42,571 nt of DNA from Phoronis australis (Eukaryota > Animalia > Phoronida), in assembly GCA_002633005.1 (NCBI GenBank), contig NMRA01001075.1, positions 16,985-59,555 of the forward strand, written 5' to 3'. The notes under the pieces are model-generated. The model had not been told where the DNA came from. It did no database searches and was given only the letters and a program-made list of their open reading frames with translations. Numbering within the stretch: position 1 is the first letter of the stretch; the number at the start of each line of letters is the position of its first letter. Below, piece after piece: positions 34,322 to 42,571 of this stretch. The translations under genes and the position numbers were made by a program.

Positions 34322-37300
34322 GCCTACACGCACGCCGTACGAGTTTCTTAACAATTCGATAGCGGGTCGTGGTCTTCCACCCAGCAGTAAAAGGTATCAA
34401 TTAGTGATAAAAATACGCGAACGATGAGTAAAGAAAATTTCTGGGAACTTCAGTGACAACGTCTGCATTTCTGCGAACTTGGTTTGTACACTATATTCAT
34501 GAATAAAACATTGAAAATGTTTTCTTGTCACTAATAAAGAGTCAATGGCATCTGTAAAATGATCCATATTTTATTAAACTATGTTTTGCATGGTAGTTTT
34601 AAGGCATTTTTGCCCAACGCTGTGTCACGAATTTTTTGCAAATCCCAGGCACCAATTCATCATAGCTGATGCGAATGGTAGACATGCACAATTCAGATAT
34701 CTAATAAAACAGCAGCGGCATGCTTACGGACGTTGCATTTACCATGATCGCTACAACACACAGTAGAACAGAAATGATGGTCTCAATATCAAACACCCAC
34801 ATGTGTATGTACAAAAGCCGACCGGCATTACCCGCTAAGAGTCGAAACGTTGCCAGAACTTATGTTACAGGAACAACAGCAGCTCGATTATAAAATGTTT
34901 ATGTATAACTATCAAGTTAAAGTGGCAGAGTATTTTAGCGTGGTTAGCTGACGACCGAAATTACAACGAAAATTATAATCCCGATGAGGAACTGTTAAAT
35001 AAGCGCGATCAAATATCGAAGGATGGACTCACATAACGTAAGCGTTCATGTCCAGGTCGCTGTAGGTGTAGAGAATCTGGCCGGCAAAAGATTGCTAGTT
35101 ATGAGGAAAAATACTAGCCTGATGTTAAGAAGCTCAAGGACAGCAATGTGTTTTGGCACTAAAACCAATAACGAATCTCTTAAAGTGGCTTGGTACGAGA
35201 AAAATAGTATAAAATAAGAAAGTAAACGTTACTCATCTTGTATGAAACCTGTATCACGTCGCAGGAAACAAGTTTTTTGAAGGTTTCGTAAATACAGTGA
35301 GTTTTACATAAGTTTGAAATTTGATCAGAAAGACACGCCTCCGTGCTCGTCAAGTCCGACATTAAAGTCCCAAAATGCATTGCGTTGCCTTATTTGGCTT
35401 CTTGTTTACAGATCCAAAAATCCCCAAAAATTCTGACCAAGGTAGTTTGGAATTCTGGCGCCAAGTGTACTCTGTGGGCGCTAAGTACATGTACTGAGTG
35501 TATTTTAAGGTTGAAAAGGTCATTTTCACATTGACCTACTGCAATGACTTCACATTAAATCTCTGTCATAGTAATCACACTGTTATTTAGTAATTCAACC
35601 AATTACAAGGTGCTTCACTGACTCGGTGATTTTTTAAATGGAAAGAGTAACTTCCTAATGCTAAATTTTGATGTCGTGTTGAACTTGAAACACAGTTTAT
35701 GTGCTAATATTTCAAAAGCAGCTGACTCCAGACATCTGATATTTTACAATATCACTGCACGGAAACATGTGATGATGATAGGTCAAAGACACATCTGTTC
35801 CAACGACTGGTGGTAAATATATAATTGACCCAATTGTTCACGAAGCTATAGTTTGCAATATGCATCATGATGAACATTCAGTCCGTACAACATTCACAAC
35901 GTTCTACTTTATTAAGCATCATCATTATCTTGATAGTTATACTTTTCTTGAAAGTATGTTGCACATTTTCAATGGCCATAAGTACAACCACTTAGTAATT
36001 TAGGGGTTTGTATAAATCTGTGGTTTGCAATCAGCTTTTATTGAGCTGACCTCCACTTTTACATCTCACTACAGTGGAAAATCAATGATGTATGGACTCA
36101 TGGAAGGACACAAAGTTACATAATGCAAGAAATATGAGGTCATGACATTTGAGCAACACATTTGTGTTGAAAAAGAAAAGGGCAGAATCTACACACTTTT
36201 GGAAAAACGCAATGAAAAATTGCATGTCAACTTCCAGCTTATTTGCTTTTGTAAAAACATCAGAAATTGCATCAACGTTAATAGAAAAAAATATTTTTAC
36301 CGTCCAGGCTGCATACATTTATCATTCCAGATGAAAAAATAACAGAACGCCTAGGTACTGCCGTAGTTCACAGCATTATTCATTTACTCTAAAATCAGCC
36401 ACTGTACAGTTTTAAAAGCACATGACTTTTCTAACAGTTCAGGTGTGGTTAAGTAACAAAGAGCTGTCAAAAGTAGCATGTTATTTAACTAACAGCTGCA
36501 GCAGGTGTTGAAAGTGATTCACAAGTCACGACTTTGTACCACTGGCTGAGCATAGAACAGAAATTACATTGTACATTTTGTTTGAAGGGACTTGTGAGCA
36601 TACAGTAAAAATTAATAAAGTGGTTAACTCGAACCAGTGTTCAGTCTATCATTGCATCAACAAGCTGTTAGTATAGATCAGTGACAACCTGCGCCCACCT
36701 ATCCATGGGGTAAAACGTGACAAGAGCTTAGACCAACAGACTGGGTCTGAGGACTCGCTAGTGTAATGCAGGTCGCAAACAAAATTTTTCACACATTGCC
36801 AGTCCTGTTTGAATCGTTTGCTTTGGTTTGGCAATTACATCCAATATTAGGCATGGCTTTTGATGAACTTCGAGACTTTATGTGAAATTTGAAAGGCCTG
36901 TTTACTACCATAAGGAATGCAGGCGAACCAGGAGAACAAGGAGATGTTTAAGTGTAAGAGGAGGAAAAGGAAGGAACGAGAGGTCTGTCGCTACAGCTAC
37001 TACAGGTTCAGCCGCATTGACTACAGCTCTAGGGAGTCTGCAAGCTTATGCATCTCGTCAAGCTGACATACAGGTACTTCAAACACCAAACACGTAAAAA
37101 AACAATTCAAAATCTCTACTTCAGAGAAGCATTTATGATTTGCAAAAATACAGAAAATCCTTTACTTAACAATCTGTGTCGCGTTACATCTTGAAAAAAT
37201 TGGGAGCCATTACATTTTACACAGGTTTTCATGTGGTTATCATTTGTCTAACGATGCAAATTTCTATTACATCAAATATTGAACAAAATTCCAGTTTGTT

Positions 37301-38791
37301 CTAGTAGTGCGCTGAGTTTGTAGCTAAGTGATTTATTAGCATTCAAGATGGGATAACTATGTCTTTTCCGAAACTGGTGAAAAATCTCCTAATTTTCAGA
37401 GAAGAATAAATGCAATGATCAAATGAGAAGGAGGTAGAAAGAGAGTGTTGAGCTTTGAACAAAAGAACAGATCCGAACATCGCTGACATTCTTTGAAAGA
37501 CACGTTAATGAGATTTGATTGGGAAAGCAAGGTGCCATAAAACCAATGAATTTGCTATCGCCCACAGCTGAATGAATATCAGCTGCATCATGAATCCTGT
37601 GGACACCACCGAATCCTTTGGACAACGTGTCGCCATAGTCTCCAGCGCGGTACCTATTGATGATATCTCCTGCAACTTCCTCCCCACCAAATTCTTCATC
37701 TCCAAATCCGACATCGCTAACATCCACATCATCAAGGATACTTTCTGAACTCCAAAATGACAAAAGCGTGATGATCTTGCCCAGTACAATTTCAAAAAGG
37801 GCACAACACCTAGCCATGTAATGCAGTTGAACTTCCAAATAGCAGGGCTCGTATGTGCACTGGAGAATAGTTAAACCCAGATTGTTCAGAATTCAATTGT
37901 TTCATGCACATAACGTTTGAAGACGTCTCACGATGCTTTTAAGTCAGTTTGCAGGACCTAATGACTACTAGTGCGAAAGGATTTATGTCCTGTAAGGGCC
38001 TCAATCCTCGAGGATCACTGCTGTCCATACAGCCTCTAAAGTATACCGATATATTAACACCAAAAGTCAGTAGAAGATATATTTCCACTATATATATTAA
38101 GAGTGTCAGCATTGAAAAATAATATACATGTAACTCATAATTTAAATGTACATGTATACCCAATGGTTATGTTGCACTTACAATCATCGTCAATGTCAAC
38201 GCCTGGTTTGTCCTCTGAAACATCAATCGTTAGCCTTTAATGTAGAAATTGAACGTGTTTCTCTTGCTTAAACTGTTTAGCATCGGTCAGTCTGTATTCA
38301 TTGAATTTCAGCAAATATCACCTAACCACAATTAAAGAATGATATATAGAAACCAAACTATGTACGATATAGCCTCTATACTTAGACTTTAGAAAACATA
38401 CTTCGAAAAGTCTATCCATAAGGCACATTTATGACTTGATGTTAAATAAAATACCACCAAAAATGTTATGGATTGTGTATGCTACTGATAAAAACTACTC
38501 AAAATCCAAACCATTTTAGAGTTGTGTTAGAGCTGTTTTTGTGGGGCAACCGCGTTGTTCGTGTCGCCTGCAATACTAATATTTTACAGAAAAGAATGCA
38601 AATTTGCAAACTTTCAGCGAGCCATTTTGACTTCTAAGACAAATACCTTCAAACTGCACTACAAATACCTCATAGGGTGCGTGTCGATAGGTATTTTCGT
38701 TACCAATCTCTCCAACAGAAGGTTCCAGGTGACTTGTTCTGGAATGTACGTCACTAATATCCTCGTCACTAGAATCGGAAGTAACAAGGCC

Positions 38792-39951
38792 GTATATACC
38801 ACAGGCGCTTGGGTTTATCTGTTCCTCGATCGCAAATGACGTCACTCAATAATACATATAAGAAAACATAAAGGTTGGACACTCGAAATCTGTTTGCTCA
38901 GAATTTTCTACTCAAATGTGCATGGAACTCCACGAAACTAGCATCGGACAACTCTTAGAAAAATTTCTTTCATTCGATCTCTTCAAGTTGCCTTCGAGTG
39001 GTGATTTAAGACAAAAATGTCAAAAGAAAGCCAAAATCACAAATTCAAGGAAGTGATTCCGTGATGTCATGGCAGACGGTCTTCGCACATCCGTGTTTTT
39101 GACGGACGCTCCCGAGCTAAATCCGAAAGTCTAATTTCGCGCGGCTTTCATCGTCACTCCCCCGACTACTTGATCATGAGAAGCAGAGAGCACTTTATTG
39201 CCAAATAAATGTAATTACTCACATATTTGTGTCAAATATAAATTATCCTGATACTGTATTGATGTGCGAAGTTAATTTGTGTAATGTGATTTCTTATGAA
39301 GGTTTTACTTTTGGCCAAAACCATTCATTTAACTCGTCGGCCACGCGCATTGTAATACTTGCACGGACTGCGTTTCCTGGCTGAGTGTGTGTTGCGCTTC
39401 AATCAAAAAAGTGCGTGATGTCAAGATGAGAAACAAGATACGCCAGTTTATGTAATAAAATTCTAAGTCAAGGGCTAAAATGAGCCGTCAGTGGAATAAA
39501 GTTACAAATAATCATTAAAATAATAACTTTCACCTTCTCAATTAGTTGAGTTTTGGATTAGAATTATTGAATTTGAAATGTAGGTTGCTTGTTCAAAATC
39601 GAAGTTTCACCTACGACAGGCGTACAAGTTGAAGCACAACTGAAATCCGCCATGTTTACTACTTCAGGTCCTTGAATTCAGAGTTTTGAGATTCTTTTGG
39701 AAATGCCATCGCCAAATCACCACTCACGAAGATAGTTAATGGGATCTAGGAATTATAAGGCTTCGAAGGTTTATGCAACACCAGACTGAGGGAGGTGCAC
39801 GCAGATTTTATTTGAATTTTTGACGGTTGAAGTTGGGAGCCTCGGCTTGGCAAAGTTTAAGTGTCCAACCTTTATGTTTTCTTATATGTATTATTGAGTG
39901 ACGTCATTTGCGATCGAGGAACAGATAAACCCAAGCGCCTGTGGTATATAC
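38792..39951. mobile_element. Non-autonomous DNA transposon/MITE with perfect 92-bp inverted termini
   Basis: 38792-38883 is the exact reverse complement of 39860-39951, including the terminal GTATATA, which probably contains a TA-type target duplication. There is no internal ORF. Confidence 0.92.
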
Positions 39952-42571
39952 ATGCAGCTTTATACACTTGAGAGCGGTTATGCATACATCTAATACCAAG
40001 CTCGACACAGCCTCACGTAGAATGATTCCATTACAAATTTGAAAATTGATAGCGCGTCACTTGTGTGTCGGTTCGAACAGACATAAAGTAAGAAGAGAAA
40101 AATGAAATTGTCTTCTGAGATATCTTCTGCTACCATATTCTGCAAGTTAACCGATGAAAGTTAAGCGATGAACACACGTCTCTCTAAGATTGGAAATCAG
40201 AATGATGACTGAACGAATTTAACCCCAGCTAGAATACACACGCCAAGCCCATACGAGTAAAGGTCATGCATGATTACTTAACGTATTGTCAACTCGTTCT
40301 CGTATCGTTCACGTGCCGAATAACCTGCTCTCGTGGCTGCACATTTATCCATATATTCGCTAGTATTCTTATTAGAAACTGTGAAACGATCGACAGGATT
40401 GTCCTCGGAATCTCGGGAAAAACACTTAACATGACATTCACTAGTGACATGGTTCCCTGTTTAGTGTGTGTAAGTGATCCCGCCTTTCTTATCGACCTGC
40501 AAATGAGGATAAGAAAATATCGCAAATGGCCACTGCCCTGGGGCACGCACACATACATGTACACACACGCTTATATCTAGGTCAATCTTTTGTGCTGTCC
40601 CACAATGACCACGTGTAGTTATCAACATTGAAAAAATACACAAACATGCATTGGAAAAGCAAGACATTTCGATATCAAGCGTAACATCTGGATCTAGGCC
40701 AAAAACAGAGGTGAAATGTCTACTAAAAACGCCCAGTCACATTTTAGAGTCTAACAAAATTTAGATCAGCCGCTAAGGCTCTGATCTGTACATGTATTGT
40801 GGCGGAAGCACAAACCTTCTGCTATAAACCTAGAGAAGGCATGAAGATCATACGTAGGCTTCAAAGTTGAGCACAATGACAGTTTATCTGCAGTGACCTC
40901 TACCACGATATTTTGAAACAGTTTCTGGTACTTTTCACATGGGGAAAGCTTGTAAAAAAGTCACGTACATGCCTCCATAACCCTCCAGGTTCACTAATTT
41001 TGCTCAAGACAACGCGGGAGAGGAATGTCGAGCACAGAAATTAAGCCAGCTCAAGAACCAATCCGTCGTACAGGGAAGCGACTAACAAAATACTGAAAAA
41101 ACAGGTAAACCAAACCGATTAAGTTAATGGCTTACCTTTAACCCAAGAACTACTCACCTAACTCAGTTTTCTCAGTACCATCCGTGTCTAAATCCTTACT
41201 CGCGACCGACACGCTCCCGGTTTTTCTGTCACCTGGCAAAATCTTGAGCAATTTCTCAGGTACTCGCGGCAAAATTAGAATTAGAATTTACCGTGGGTAC
41301 TAGAGTATTGAGAGAAAAATCTCATGGCTTGGAGATAAGTGTTGTGGATCTACATGTCCTGCTATCGGATATGATCAAACATATTGTATAAATGCTGAAT
41401 GTACGTGTTAAGTCGTACTTGTAAAACTATTGTGGATGAATATCTGCTTCTTTATTATATGTAAGAATGATGGACCATTCAATTATAAATCGTCGCTTTT
41501 GGAGGATGTGCATCGTGGCACCACACATTCAAAATTACAGAAAATGTTCACTTTTCCTTGCTATTACTTGAATCACACCTACACTGTATTTCTTAATATG
41601 GTCTTGTTTGAGGAAAGCTCCGGTAGCCCCCTTCGACGCGCCGGGATACACCATAACATGCACTTGTCTGTGTCATGTTCAATTATTTAACGGGTTCTTA
41701 TTGAAAATATGGAGTTTAGTTTTATACATGTAGAAGGCGTTGCCATGTTTAGAGGAAAGCGAGACCACAAACGTCTGCATGAGATATCACGAAAACACAA
41801 AAACTTTAAAGTTTCAATATTAAAAGATACCTTTACATGAAAAATCGGTGCGTTTTTATCATATTGAAACTGACAATTTCTAGGTTCATGAATCAAAATA
41901 ATCCCATTTTATTTCCCATCTTCCAATGTAAATAATGAAAGTATAATTACACTCGGATTGTACTTGACTTACGTGTTAAAACGTGCTGCCATGAAAATCA
42001 CGCGCGCCTTGGATTCTCAAATTCGTTTAAAGAAATTATCTCGGAAACTAACCGTTATGTTTATGTTCTCAGAGACTTCGCCCTTTCGCTCAAGTGAGAT
42101 TTGTTTATTTGTGGAAAACAAGTTGTGTGGAACGTATGATAACACTTCTGACTAATGTTCACAAAACATACCTTTGCTGACGGTCTCCGTTTCCAACACG
42201 TTTCTCAGTTAACCAGCTATCCCCAGTGTCGAATCTTACTGTCAACCATGGTGCAAAATACATGTATGCATTTCAGGCCACAAGAGCAAATGTCGAAAAC
42301 GAGTAGTTCAAAACAAGCGAAGTATTCTCACAATACTACTTCAAACCTCACGGCACACAAGCACTATACGGCATCCAGATTCAGGCAAAAACTCAGGACC
42401 AGTCAATCAGTCAATTTATCAGTCAACAAGATCGATAAAGCATCAGAAGTAGGAAATTAGAAAGAAATCACAGATGTGCTTTGTCTTCACCAGTATCAAT
42501 CACTGTACTTAATTATCATCTCGCTTTAAAGCACACGATAAATATGAATGAAGACAAATCCTCTTAAATGT

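Noticed and set aside
34948-34965. CUGACGACCGAAA as a hammerhead
   Set aside because: Only two nucleotides lie between the core motifs, with no supporting stems.
37419-37838. 139-aa minus-strand ORF with an acidic patch
   Set aside because: No recognisable domain or exon structure; likely the antisense of decayed element sequence.

Overview
AT-rich, intron-containing eukaryotic genomic DNA that looks like an invertebrate animal; the taxon cannot be fixed from sequence alone. The main feature is one spliced minus-strand gene. I rebuilt it by hand from GT/AG sites and intron phases: 12 coding exons, 2406 nt (802 codons), with no in-frame stop, and it continues off the left edge. It encodes a secreted or cell-surface mosaic lectin-like protein: signal peptide (putative) - CCP/sushi - PAN - PAN - C-type lectin (EPN) - TSP1 - PAN - C-type lectin (degenerate) - F5/8C discoidin (incomplete). 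A three-exon PAN+CTL cassette is internally duplicated. The introns and upstream DNA carry many mobile elements: two copies of an Academ-like DNA transposon, a rearranged Penelope-like retroelement cluster, CR1/L2-type LINE and Gypsy fragments, a Helentron/HINE-like element, MITEs and satellites. Three hammerhead-ribozyme-like motifs are present. One (27418-27517) lies in the sense orientation of the gene's putative 18.7-kb first intron and has two alternative cleavage-site registers. Most ORFs in the supplied track are spurious or only partly overlap real exons.
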